Position numbers and translations under genes: made by a program. From assembly GCA_965209055.1 (NCBI GenBank), contig OZ242374.1, positions 4,096,001-4,160,000 on the forward strand: a stretch of DNA of 64,000 nucleotides. The letters are read 5' to 3'. This DNA comes from Acidobacteriota bacterium (lineage in GTDB: Bacteria > Acidobacteriota > UBA6911 > RPQK01 > JAJDTT01). Shown here one piece after another: positions 17,719 to 27,134 of the stretch; position 1 is the first letter of the stretch; each line of letters begins with the position of its first letter. A model generated the notes under the pieces. It saw only the letters and a list, made by a program, of their open reading frames with translations. It was not told where the DNA came from and made no database searches.

Positions 17719-19026
17719 ATGAAGAGGGTTCTGGGCCTGCTCTTGCTCCTCTCGACACCGGTCGCGCAAGCCGAGATCCTCAAGGTCGAGATTGACGGAC
17801 CCATCGATCCCATTACCTCCGAGTTCATTACTTCCGCCATCAAACAGGCTGAGGATTCGAATGCCGAATTCCTCTTGATCCGCCTGGCGACGCCGGGCGG
17901 CCTGGGCATCTCCATGCAGGAGATCATCCAGAGCATCCTGAATTCGCCGGTTCCCGTCGTCTGCTTCGTCGCTCCCCAGGGGGCCCGCGCCGCGTCCGCC
18001 GGCTTCTTTATCCTGCTCTCGGCAGACGTCGCCGTCATGGCCCCCGGTACCAATACGGGGGCGGCGCATCCCGTGTTCCCCTTCGGCATGGAGAACAAGA
18101 TCATGCTGGAGAAGGTGAAAAACGACGCCGTGGCGGGTTTGAGGGCCATCGTCCAACAGCGGAAGCGCAATTACGAGCTGGCCGAGAAGGGAGTCCTGGA
18201 GAGCAAGTCCTATACGGCTCGGGAAGCCCTTGAGGGGGGACTCATCGATCTGGTCGTGGGCAACGAGAGCGAACTCATGGCGACGCTGGAGGGAAGGCAG
18301 ATCGAGCGTTTTTCGGGTGCTTCCCAGGTTCTGACGACCGCAGGGCAGGAGGTTCGGGTCGTCGAGATGACATTCCGCCAGAGGGTCCTCAGCTCAATCG
18401 CCAATCCAAACGTCGCTCTCATCCTGGGCGTGATCGGCCTGCTGGGGCTCTACCTGGAGTTTTCGAACCCGGGCCTGATTCTTCCGGGAGTGTTGGGCGG
18501 GATCAGCCTGCTCCTGGCCCTTCTCGGATTCTCGCTGCTTCCCGTGAACTACATCGGGATTCTGCTCATCCTTTTGGCCCTGGGTCTGTTCGTGGCCGAG
18601 GTGACGGTTCAGGGATTTGGAATTCTCGGTGCCGGAGGAACCGTCGCTATGATTTTGGGCATCCTGTTTCTGGTGGACTCTCCCTTTCCCGAACTCCGGA
18701 TCAGCTACGGGCTGGCCGTAGCGGTCGCCATTCCCTTCGCCCTGATTGCCATCCTCCTGCTGCATCTGACCGTGAAGTCGGTGCGCTTGAGAGTCACCAC
18801 CGGGACGCGGGGGATGGTGGGATTGTATGGAGTGTCCCAGACACTCATCGAAGGGGATGAGGGTTGGGTTCTGGTCGCCGGGGAACGATGGAAGGCGGTG
18901 TCGGCGACGTCGATTCCCCAGGGCGCCCGGGTCAAGGTGGTGGCTTCCAAGAATCTGGTCCTGGTCGTTGAGCCCTACACCGGGTCGGGAGTATCTTTGG
19001 CCACGGCTGTAGAGGAAAAGGGGTGA
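17719..19026 (+). CDS. nfeD: NfeD membrane-bound serine protease (long form)
   Basis: LATPGG, RAASAG, APGTNTGAAHPV, TM block, C-terminal OB domain (VAGERWKA); preceded by TGTTAAAAT. Confidence 0.93.
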   Translation: MKRVLGLLLLLSTPVAQAEILKVEIDGPIDPITSEFITSAIKQAEDSNAEFLLIRLATPGGLGISMQEIIQSILNSPVPVVCFVAPQGARAASAGFFILLSADVAVMAPGTNTGAAHPVFPFGMENKIMLEKVKNDAVAGLRAIVQQRKRNYELAEKGVLESKSYTAREALEGGLIDLVVGNESELMATLEGRQIERFSGASQVLTTAGQEVRVVEMTFRQRVLSSIANPNVALILGVIGLLGLYLEFSNPGLILPGVLGGISLLLALLGFSLLPVNYIGILLILLALGLFVAEVTVQGFGILGAGGTVAMILGILFLVDSPFPELRISYGLAVAVAIPFALIAILLLHLTVKSVRLRVTTGTRGMVGLYGVSQTLIEGDEGWVLVAGERWKAVSATSIPQGARVKVVASKNLVLVVEPYTGSGVSLATAVEEKG

Positions 19027-19086
19027 GCAGCCCCATTCGATTCGGCCGAAAAAATTCCGGGTCTTCCTGCAGGAGTGGAGGTTTCC

Positions 19087-19884
19087 ATGTTTGAAGGTAT
19101 TCCGTTTTCAACCATAGTGCTGGTGGGCATCGTCATTCTCTACGTGCTCTCCGTCGTCAATGTGCTGAGGGAGTATGAGCGCGGAGTCATTTTCCGTCTC
19201 GGAAGACTCCTGCCCGACTCGAAGGGTCCCGGCTTGATCCTGGTCTTCTGGCCCATCGACCGCATGGAACGGATCAGTCTGAGGATGGTGGCCATGGACG
19301 TCCCGTCCCAGGACATCATCACCAAGGACAACGTCTCGGTCAAAGTCAACGCCATCGTCTATTTCCGTGTCATCGAGCCCAACAGCGCCGTGGTGTCCGT
19401 GGAAAATTATCTGTACGCCACCTCACAGCTTTCCCAGACCACCCTGCGCTCGGTCCTGGGCCAGGTCGAGCTGGATGATCTGCTGAGCAAACGGGAAGAG
19501 CTCAACGATCGGCTGCAGTCGATTCTCGATCAACACACGGACCCGTGGGGAATCAAGGTTTCCCTGGTGGAGATCAAGACCGTGGATCTTCCGGCGGAGA
19601 TGCAGCGGGCCATGGCCCGGCAGGCCGAAGCCGAGCGGGAACGGAGAGCCAAGGTGATCCACGCCGAAGGCGAGTACCAGGCGGCGACGCGACTGCAGCA
19701 AGCGGGCGGCATGCTTGCCTCGGAGCCGGTGTCGGTGCAATTGCGGTATCTGTCGACTTTGTCGGAGATCGCCACCGAGCAGAATTCCACCATCGTGTTT
19801 CCCCTCCCCATGGATGTCCTGTCTCCCCTGATTCAGATGGTCAAGAAGGCCGGGGCTCAAAGTGGCGGTGATTCCGAAGATTGA
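19087..19884 (+). CDS. SPFH/stomatin (slipin) family protein
   Basis: [32 protein letters not shown]; canonical partner of nfeD. Confidence 0.95.
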   Translation: MFEGIPFSTIVLVGIVILYVLSVVNVLREYERGVIFRLGRLLPDSKGPGLILVFWPIDRMERISLRMVAMDVPSQDIITKDNVSVKVNAIVYFRVIEPNSAVVSVENYLYATSQLSQTTLRSVLGQVELDDLLSKREELNDRLQSILDQHTDPWGIKVSLVEIKTVDLPAEMQRAMARQAEAERERRAKVIHAEGEYQAATRLQQAGGMLASEPVSVQLRYLSTLSEIATEQNSTIVFPLPMDVLSPLIQMVKKAGAQSGGDSED

Positions 19885-20422
19885 TTGGAGAGAGATCGTT
19901 TACCTTTATGGGCTCACTCTCCTGACGGTCACCGGGTTTTTCCTCCTCGGCCTCTACGTGGGCCGAAGTTTCCCGGTGGAAGCGGAGCCAGCACGTTTTA
20001 CGGCGCCGTCCGGGAGCAGCTCCTCCAGTTCCCAAACGAAGCCACAGTTGGAGTTCTACGGGCGTCTGAACGACCCGGCCAGCCGGGGTGCGGACGCACC
20101 CGGCGCCGAAATTTCTCCCGAACCGTTGGAGGGCGCGGCAGGTCCCGGCTCCCAGGCCAACGCGCAGGGCCCACCGTCCGGCGCTCACCGTTTCACCGTT
20201 CAGATCGCCGCCATGGAGCGTGAAGCGGAGGCGCGGAAAGAGTTGGTGAAGGTTCGGTCCCGGGGATACCTGGCCGAGATACGCCGCCTGGGGCCAAACG
20301 ATCAATTCTTTCGAGTCTGGGTTGGAGACTTCCCGACCAGGCAGCAAGCGGATCACTTGGCCAATCGGTTGTACGAGGACGGGTTCCCGACGTTCGTCCG
20401 GAGCATGGCCGAGTCTCCATGA
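19862..20422 (+). CDS. SPOR-domain cell-division protein (DedD/FtsN-like)
   Basis: N-terminal TM, LEFY motif, C-terminal [15 protein letters not shown]. Confidence 0.8.
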   Translation: MAVIPKIDWREIVYLYGLTLLTVTGFFLLGLYVGRSFPVEAEPARFTAPSGSSSSSSQTKPQLEFYGRLNDPASRGADAPGAEISPEPLEGAAGPGSQANAQGPPSGAHRFTVQIAAMEREAEARKELVKVRSRGYLAEIRRLGPNDQFFRVWVGDFPTRQQADHLANRLYEDGFPTFVRSMAESP

Positions 20423-21909
20423 CAGGCTGGGCGCTGCGTCCCCTGGTCTCCGGGATCGGGATCTGCCTGGCCTTTCCCGGATTTTCTCTCTTTCCTCTGG
20501 CCTGGGTGACGCTGGCCCCCTACCTTCAATTCCTCCTGGAGACCGGTTCCCGCCGCCGGATTCTGGCGGGACATCTGATCTTCTCGTCCCTCTACTTCGG
20601 CGGAGTGCTCTACTGGATTCCGCGTGTCCTGGTCGAGTTCGGCAATCTGGACTGGTTCACGTCCGCTCTCATCTTCGGACTCATGATCCTGCTGCTGGAT
20701 CTGTTCCTGCTTCCTTTTTCCCTCCTGACGCACGCGGTGGCCCGGCGGTCCGCCGCCGCCGCTCTCTGGTCGGTTCCGGGCCTGTGGATCCTGACCGAGC
20801 TGCTGCGCAACTACTACACGGTCAACGGATTTCCCTGGGCGTTGGTGGGACATACACAGTTCGCGTACCACTGGATCGCGCAGGTGGCGGACCTGAGCGG
20901 CGTCTACCTGATCTCCTTTCTGGTGCTGTTGGGCAATGCCGCCCTGGTCGCGGTCCTTCGAAACCGGAGTTGGAGAATCCCGGCCGTGTTTGCACTCTGC
21001 TTTGCCGGAGCCAATCTCTACGGGATATACCGCTGCCACGTTTGGACCCCGCCTCCGGGAATGGAATTGCGCGTCGCGCTGGTGCAGCCCGATGTGGGGC
21101 TCTTTGCCGATGGCCGGCACTATGCAAAAAAGTACTTCGACGACCTTCCCCGGCACTACGCGAGGGCGGTCGAAGCGGGAGTCGACTGGGTGATCTTCCC
21201 GGAGGCTCAGAACCCCTACCTGTTTACGGCAGACTCCGAATTCCGGACGTTCTGGCGGCGTCAGGTCCAGGCGGCGGGGGTTCCCCTGGTAATGAACGTC
21301 ACCTCCATCGAACGGCCTCCCTCGAACCGCTATTTCAACAGCGCCTACCTCCTGGAGGGCGGGGAAACGGTGTCCTACCGCTACGACAAGATCCACCTGG
21401 TTCCATTTGGGGAGTACGTTCCGATGGCGGAGTGGCTGGCATTCGCCTCACCTCTGGTTCAGGAGGTGGGCGGGTTCCAACCAGGACAGGAATATGTCCT
21501 GGGTCAGGTCTCCGGGGTCCGGTTCGCGACGCTGATCTGCTTCGAGGGCATTTTCCCCGAGTTGGCCCGGGACTTCGTCCGAAACGGGGCCGAGATCCTG
21601 GTCAACATCACCAACGACACCTGGTACGGAAGGACGGCGGCTCCGATGCAACACTTCCAGTTCGGCGCATTTCGCGCCATCGAGCAGCGCCGTCCCCTGC
21701 TGCGTTGCGCCAACAGCGGCTATTCTTCCCACATCGACGCCACGGGCGCCGTTCGCAGCCGGACCGGCCTCTTCGAGGAGAGACTTCTGATCGACACGGT
21801 GCAGTCCAGTTCCTACCGGTCCGTTTACTCCCGGGTGGGCGAATGGATTAATATGTGTCTGGCCGGTTTGGCGCTTCTCGGCCTGGTTTTTCCGCGCGGA
21901 CGGCGATAA
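20419..21909 (+). CDS. lnt: Apolipoprotein N-acyltransferase
   Basis: GFPW; catalytic triad contexts FPE, YDKIHLVPFGEY, ICFE; TNDTW. Confidence 0.95.
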   Translation: MTGWALRPLVSGIGICLAFPGFSLFPLAWVTLAPYLQFLLETGSRRRILAGHLIFSSLYFGGVLYWIPRVLVEFGNLDWFTSALIFGLMILLLDLFLLPFSLLTHAVARRSAAAALWSVPGLWILTELLRNYYTVNGFPWALVGHTQFAYHWIAQVADLSGVYLISFLVLLGNAALVAVLRNRSWRIPAVFALCFAGANLYGIYRCHVWTPPPGMELRVALVQPDVGLFADGRHYAKKYFDDLPRHYARAVEAGVDWVIFPEAQNPYLFTADSEFRTFWRRQVQAAGVPLVMNVTSIERPPSNRYFNSAYLLEGGETVSYRYDKIHLVPFGEYVPMAEWLAFASPLVQEVGGFQPGQEYVLGQVSGVRFATLICFEGIFPELARDFVRNGAEILVNITNDTWYGRTAAPMQHFQFGAFRAIEQRRPLLRCANSGYSSHIDATGAVRSRTGLFEERLLIDTVQSSSYRSVYSRVGEWINMCLAGLALLGLVFPRGRR

Positions 21910-21996
21910 GGCGCCGCCGTGAATTCCGACCGAACCGCACCGTCGGGAAGGCGCCGGCACCGGAATTCGGACGCTGAACGTAGGGAGGCCGTCGTC

Positions 21997-23149
21997 ATGG
22001 AGGATTTCCAGGAGCGCTATCGCGATCTGAGGACCAGGATCGGCAACCTGTGGGAGTATCTTTGACGTCGAGGCCAAGGAAAAGGAACTCGAACAGATCG
22101 AGAAGGTGATCTCGGACCCGTCCTTCTGGACCCGGGCCCGGGAGTCCCAACACGTTCTCCGCCGCCGCCGTTACCTGCACCGGAGCCTGGAGCTGTCCCG
22201 GGAGTGTGGGAACGGGCTGGAGGATCTGGAGGTGTTGATCGAGCTGGAGCGGGAAGGGGAGGAGGTCCTCGACGATATCCGGCAACAGGTGCGAGACCTG
22301 GAGGATCGGCTCTCCAAAGCCGAGATGAACACGCTTCTCTCGGGCCGGCACGACGCCTGCAACGCCATCGTCACCATCCACCCCGGCGCCGGCGGCACCG
22401 AGAGCCAGGATTGGGCTCAGATGCTCCTGCGCATGTACCTGAGATGGACCGAAAAGCAGGGCTACAAGGCGGAGATCGTGGACTTTCAGGAGGGTGAGGA
22501 AGCCGGGATCAAATCGGCGACCTTCCTGGCTCAGGGAGACTACGGGTATGGGTACCTGTTGAGCGAGATCGGCGTCCATCGCCTGGTCCGCATCTCGCCT
22601 TACGATGCCGCCGCCAGGCGCCACACCTCGTTCGCCTCGGTCTTCGTCTCGCCCGAGATCGACGACAGCGTCGAGATTGTCATCGACGAGAAGGATCTCA
22701 AGATCGACACCTACCGGTCCTCCGGCAGCGGCGGGCAGCACGTGAACGTCACCGATTCGGCCGTCCGCATCACCCATTTGCCGACGGGAATCGTCGTGCA
22801 ATGCCAGAACGAACGGTCCCAGCACCGGAACAAGGACACGGCAATGAAAGTCCTCCGCGCCAAGCTCTACGACTATGAAATGGAGAAGCGGCGGAAGGAA
22901 CTGGACGAGGTCGAGGATTCCAAGGCCGACATCGCATGGGGCAGCCAGATTCGTTCGTATGTGCTGCACCCGTATCGCCTGGTCAAGGACCATCGGACCC
23001 GGATCGAAATCGGAGACGTGGATTCGGTGCTGGACGGGGGAATCGGCCTCTTCATCGAAGCCTACTTGAAACGGCGCAGCCGGGAGAAGAGCCGGCGCGG
23101 GAGAATCTCAGGTAAAGAATCCAATAATAACGATTTCAAAGCTGTTTAA
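21997..23149 (+). CDS. prfB: Peptide chain release factor 2 with programmed +1 frameshift
   Basis: ATG 21997 reads to CTT TGA C (22060-22066); +1 frame continues with GAGGTESQDW, SPY, GGQ, WGSQIRSY. Confidence 0.97.
22052..22066 (+). promoter_or_regulatory. prfB autoregulatory frameshift cassette
   Basis: Internal SD-like GGGAG, then TAT CTT TGA C. Confidence 0.92.
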
Positions 23150-23158
23150 GGATCATAG

Positions 23159-23893
23159 GTGAAAGAAGACTCTGAATCCCTGGAGAACGACTCTCCGGAG
23201 GAGATTGCGGATTCCGAAAGTCAGGCTCCGGCCGAAGAGCTGCAGGAACAGGCCCGGAGACTCCGGGTAGCGGTTCGACGGGACAGAACCGGTCCATCGG
23301 GTCCGTCGGGTCCGTCTTTCCTCGGCAAAATCCTCTATCTGGCGTTCTTCATGGGGGTAATGGGAAGCACCATCTATCTCCTCATGTTCCCCGCGGTTCG
23401 TCATGATCTGGTCCGCCAGGTATCGGAGGTGTGGATCGCCGCTTCCCGCGACGTCACCAGGTCCCACATCTATCGCCTGCCTCCCCCGCCTCCCAAACCC
23501 GCCGAGCAGAAGGTGGTCTTTCAGGCGCCGGTCCCAATCGTGTCCGGTTCCAACGTGCCGGAGGCTGGAACGGCCTCTTCCGGGGAGGACCCGGACGGAG
23601 GACCCCGCCAAACCCCGGCTCTGAAGAAGACTCGAGACTCCGAGACCGCCTACCGGCTGCTGCTGGACAAGTCGGCCGCCGCCAAGGATCTCACGGAGGG
23701 AAAGATCCCCGGCCAGGCGTTCAAGGAGTGGAGGTTGGTGAAGGACGATGTTCCTGTCTTGTGGATCGATCTCGTGGTGGCCGGGGACGCCAGCCCGGAA
23801 GTCCACTTTATCTGGTCGGTGGACCTGGAGACACGAACCGTGACCGCATTGAGCCAGGCGGCGCGGGATCTGGACCAGCCCCGGTCCGATTGA
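23159..23893 (+). CDS. Hypothetical single-TM protein
   Basis: 244 aa ORF co-oriented 9 nt after prfB; acidic N-terminus, one TM, Pro-rich linker. Confidence 0.7.
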   Translation: MKEDSESLENDSPEEIADSESQAPAEELQEQARRLRVAVRRDRTGPSGPSGPSFLGKILYLAFFMGVMGSTIYLLMFPAVRHDLVRQVSEVWIAASRDVTRSHIYRLPPPPPKPAEQKVVFQAPVPIVSGSNVPEAGTASSGEDPDGGPRQTPALKKTRDSETAYRLLLDKSAAAKDLTEGKIPGQAFKEWRLVKDDVPVLWIDLVVAGDASPEVHFIWSVDLETRTVTALSQAARDLDQPRSD

Positions 23894-23900
23894 ACTCCAC

Positions 23901-25145
23901 TCAGTCGATGGATTGCAGACCGCCGGCGGGGCTCGTTCCCCCGTCGCCGAGGTAACGCCGCCGGAGATCCCGGGCCAGAACCCGTCCCGCGACCCGGTTT
24001 CCCTCGCCGGTGAGATGAGCCAAATCGAAATAGAGTTCCGGTCCGCCGGCCTGCCGCAGGTCGTGGGACGGATCCAGAAACGGAATCCGCCGGGATCGAC
24101 ATTGTTCGATGGCTCGGTCCATCAGCTTTCGGGCAAAGAGGGCATGCTCCGGAGCCTCTTTCTGGAACACGAAACGGGAGGGAATCAACAGCAGCAGAAA
24201 CGGAATCCGCTCTCGCTCAAGAAGATCCCGGATGCCTCCCAAGGCTCCGAAAAGCCTTTCCCAGCCGGCTTCGATCCGATCCCGGTCCAGAAGAAACTTT
24301 TCGTAACCCATGGCGTAGTAGGTCAGTCCCCGGGCGCTGCGGAACGGCTCGCTGGGGCTGATCCGGTACAACGACTCAAGTGATTTACGAAGAAGGACCG
24401 TGTAAGTATAGGTCTTTTCGAAGAAATAAGGTCCTCGAGACCAGGTCCCCAGAAGCTGGCCGTCCCAACCTACCACGTACCGGCCGCCGCGGACCCGTTC
24501 CGGCAGGCTCGCTTGGACTCCCGACGGCCAGCCGAGCAACGCCTCGTCGGTGACGTCGTTGCAGAGTTCGATCTGGACCAGCACCAGGTCGGGGTTCAGT
24601 TCCAGACCCTCCTGATAGAGGTAGGCCGCGTAACTGGAGGGGCTGTAACCTTGCCCCGAAGCGTTGACGACCCGGAAGCGGACGGCCCCCGGCGGATGAT
24701 TGAGTTCCCGCTGCAGAACCCTTCCGTAGCGGTCCCGGGACGCGACTCCGAGGCCGAATCCGATGGAGTCTCCCAGAGAGAGGATTCGGAATTCACCCTC
24801 CGGGGGAACGGGATCCAACGGCGGCTCGTCCCGGAAACCGTAGGCGTTGGTGACGAAGGGAATGTCCCAGAAGACCCCCTCGTAGTCTCCCTTCATGCGA
24901 ACCGGCAGATACCAGGATTCTTCGGCGTGATCCCGGGGTTCCGCGGATTCCCCGAGAAAGGAATGGCGGAGCCAGAATTCGACCGCGAGGAGAATCAGGA
25001 CGGCCAGAAGGCCGAAGAAGATCAATGCCAGGAGAAGGAGTCGACACCGCAATTCGTTTCCTGCCTTCGCCGGTGGGATTTCAGGCCTGGAAGTCCGCTT
25101 TCGCTTACGAATAGTCAAGATAGGGGTTCCCCAGGGACGATTCAA
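23901..25145 (-). CDS. SGNH/GDSL-family hydrolase, membrane-anchored
   Basis: LGDS, SGQGYS, LCND, DLAHL blocks; TNAYGFRD; start uncertain. Confidence 0.82.
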   Translation of the reverse strand: MNRPWGTPILTIRKRKRTSRPEIPPAKAGNELRCRLLLLALIFFGLLAVLILLAVEFWLRHSFLGESAEPRDHAEESWYLPVRMKGDYEGVFWDIPFVTNAYGFRDEPPLDPVPPEGEFRILSLGDSIGFGLGVASRDRYGRVLQRELNHPPGAVRFRVVNASGQGYSPSSYAAYLYQEGLELNPDLVLVQIELCNDVTDEALLGWPSGVQASLPERVRGGRYVVGWDGQLLGTWSRGPYFFEKTYTYTVLLRKSLESLYRISPSEPFRSARGLTYYAMGYEKFLLDRDRIEAGWERLFGALGGIRDLLERERIPFLLLLIPSRFVFQKEAPEHALFARKLMDRAIEQCRSRRIPFLDPSHDLRQAGGPELYFDLAHLTGEGNRVAGRVLARDLRRRYLGDGGTSPAGGLQSID

Positions 25146-25183
25146 GGCAACCCGCCGGGCGTCCCGTCGGCGTCAGCAGACGC

Positions 25184-25192
25184 TGATAAGAT
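25184..25192 (+). promoter_or_regulatory. Extended -10 promoter for a leaderless recJ transcript
   Basis: TGATAAGAT, 6 nt before ATG 25199; no SD. Confidence 0.5.
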
Positions 25193-25198
25193 CCGGCC

Positions 25199-26929
25199 AT
25201 GCAACGCAGATGGACGCTGCGCGACCCGGAGCCGGAGGCGGAGGCGGTTCGGACGCTGAGTTCCGAGCTGGACATTTCGTCGCTGACGGCTCGCCTGCTG
25301 GTCAACCGCGGCATCCGGGATCCGGATGAGGCCCACCGTTTTCTCCATCCCCGATTTGAAGATCTCCACGACCCCTATCTGATGAAGGACATGGACCGGG
25401 CGGTCCCGCTCCTCTGGCAGGCGCTGCAAGATAAGAAACGTATTGTGGTCCACGGCGACTACGACGTGGACGGCATCACCTCAAGCCTGATCCTGAAACG
25501 GGGGCTTGAAATGCTGGGCGGCCGCGTCGGCATCCATATCCCCGGACGGCTCACCGACGGATACGGAATTCAGACCGATTTCGTGGAACGGTGCCACCGG
25601 GACGGGGTGGACCTGCTGGTGACCTCGGACTGTGGAATTCGGGCCTTCGAAGCTTGCGGCCGGGCGCGCGAGTTGGGCCTCGACGTTCTGATTTGCGACC
25701 ATCACCTGCCCTCCGCGGAACTTCCGCCGGCGCGGGCCATCCTCAATCCGCACCGGGCCGACTGTGACTACCCGGGCCGGAACCTGTCGGCGGCTGGCGT
25801 CGTTTTCAAGCTGGTGCAGGGACTCTTCGAAACAGCCGGGCGCACCCGGGTGCTTCCCCATTTTCTGAAGGTCGTGGCCTTGGGAACGGCGGCCGACATG
25901 GTCCCCCTGACCGGAGAGAACCGGATCCTGGTCAAGCTGGGGTTGGAGGGCCTGGCCCAACCGCACAACGTGGGCCTGCGGGCCCTGCTCCACGGCGCCG
26001 GAGTCTCCGGAGAAGTGGAGATCGAGGACGTGGCTTTCAGGATCGCTCCACGCATCAATGCGGTGACCCGCATGGGGGGCGGACCCGAGGTATTGGATCT
26101 CTTCGATACCCGCGACAGGTCGCGGGCCCAGGCGATCGTCCGGGACATGAATGCGAGGAACCGGGAGCGGCGGCGGCAGGAGGAGGCCATTCTGGCGGAG
26201 ATCCGCGAGTGGGAGGAGAACCGGCCGGAACTGTTCCGGAAAGCCTTCATCGTCCTGGCTGGGAGAAACTGGCACCGGGGGGTCATCGGGATCATTGCCT
26301 CGAGGGTGGCCAGGCGTTTCTTTCGCCCCACGCTGGTGTTCTCGATGGGAGAATCCGACTGCCAGGCTTCGGGGCGGAGCATCCCCGGCTTCCATCTGCT
26401 GGAAGCACTGGAAGGGTGCGGAGACCTCCTGGATCGATTTGGCGGGCATGCTCAGGCGGTAGGTTGCGCCATGGAGGGCAGCGATTCTTTGGATGACCGC
26501 CTCCGGACCCTTTCGGATCGTCTCGATTCCCACGCCCGGACGGTCCTGTCCACAGAGGATCTGACTCCCGTGGTCCCATTGGACTCCTATTTGAGGCCGG
26601 GCCTCCTTTCGTTGTCGCTGTACCGGGAGATTCAACGGCTGGCGCCATTCGGGGTAGGGAATCCGGTTCCCGTATTCGCCAGCCGCGGGTTGGATGTGAC
26701 CGGCGGTCCCTGGGTATTGAAGAACAGGCATCTGAAGGTCCGTCTCGGCGCCAACGGAGCCGGCGTCGACGCCATCTGGTGGAAGAACGGGGATGCCGCT
26801 GATACCATACCGAGAGGATCGAAGATCGATGTGGCGTACACCTTGAACCGGAACCAGTACCGGGGCGTGGAGAGTCTGCTCATGACGGTCCAGGATCTGC
26901 GCAAGCACCCGGTCTCGACCGATTCCTGA
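25199..26929 (+). CDS. recJ: Single-stranded-DNA exonuclease RecJ
   Basis: GDYDVDG, DCG, DHH, GGHAQA, LAPFGVGNP. Confidence 0.96.
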   Translation: MQRRWTLRDPEPEAEAVRTLSSELDISSLTARLLVNRGIRDPDEAHRFLHPRFEDLHDPYLMKDMDRAVPLLWQALQDKKRIVVHGDYDVDGITSSLILKRGLEMLGGRVGIHIPGRLTDGYGIQTDFVERCHRDGVDLLVTSDCGIRAFEACGRARELGLDVLICDHHLPSAELPPARAILNPHRADCDYPGRNLSAAGVVFKLVQGLFETAGRTRVLPHFLKVVALGTAADMVPLTGENRILVKLGLEGLAQPHNVGLRALLHGAGVSGEVEIEDVAFRIAPRINAVTRMGGGPEVLDLFDTRDRSRAQAIVRDMNARNRERRRQEEAILAEIREWEENRPELFRKAFIVLAGRNWHRGVIGIIASRVARRFFRPTLVFSMGESDCQASGRSIPGFHLLEALEGCGDLLDRFGGHAQAVGCAMEGSDSLDDRLRTLSDRLDSHARTVLSTEDLTPVVPLDSYLRPGLLSLSLYREIQRLAPFGVGNPVPVFASRGLDVTGGPWVLKNRHLKVRLGANGAGVDAIWWKNGDAADTIPRGSKIDVAYTLNRNQYRGVESLLMTVQDLRKHPVSTDS

Positions 26930-27134
26930 CGGCCTTCGACACACGTCGTCACAGGCCCGTGAACGATCCTTTTCGGCTTTCCGTCCAATTGGGAGACGGG
27001 CCGGGCGGCCTTTCGTCTCGTTGAGCGGGGCGATTCGATGACCCCTCGGGGACGGCCTCGAATCGCGGCCGGAGCCGGGCCGCCCGCCGGCGCATTTCGA
27101 CGGGCCGAAAGGACTGCTGCAGACCGGACTCTCT

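Noticed and set aside
17542-18170. Minus-strand ORFs ending in the AT-rich patch
   Set aside because: They are antisense to nfeD; the AT-rich patch is better explained as a regulatory palindrome.
21997-22105. prfB pseudogene or truncation
   Set aside because: The in-frame TGA is the canonical programmed frameshift site.
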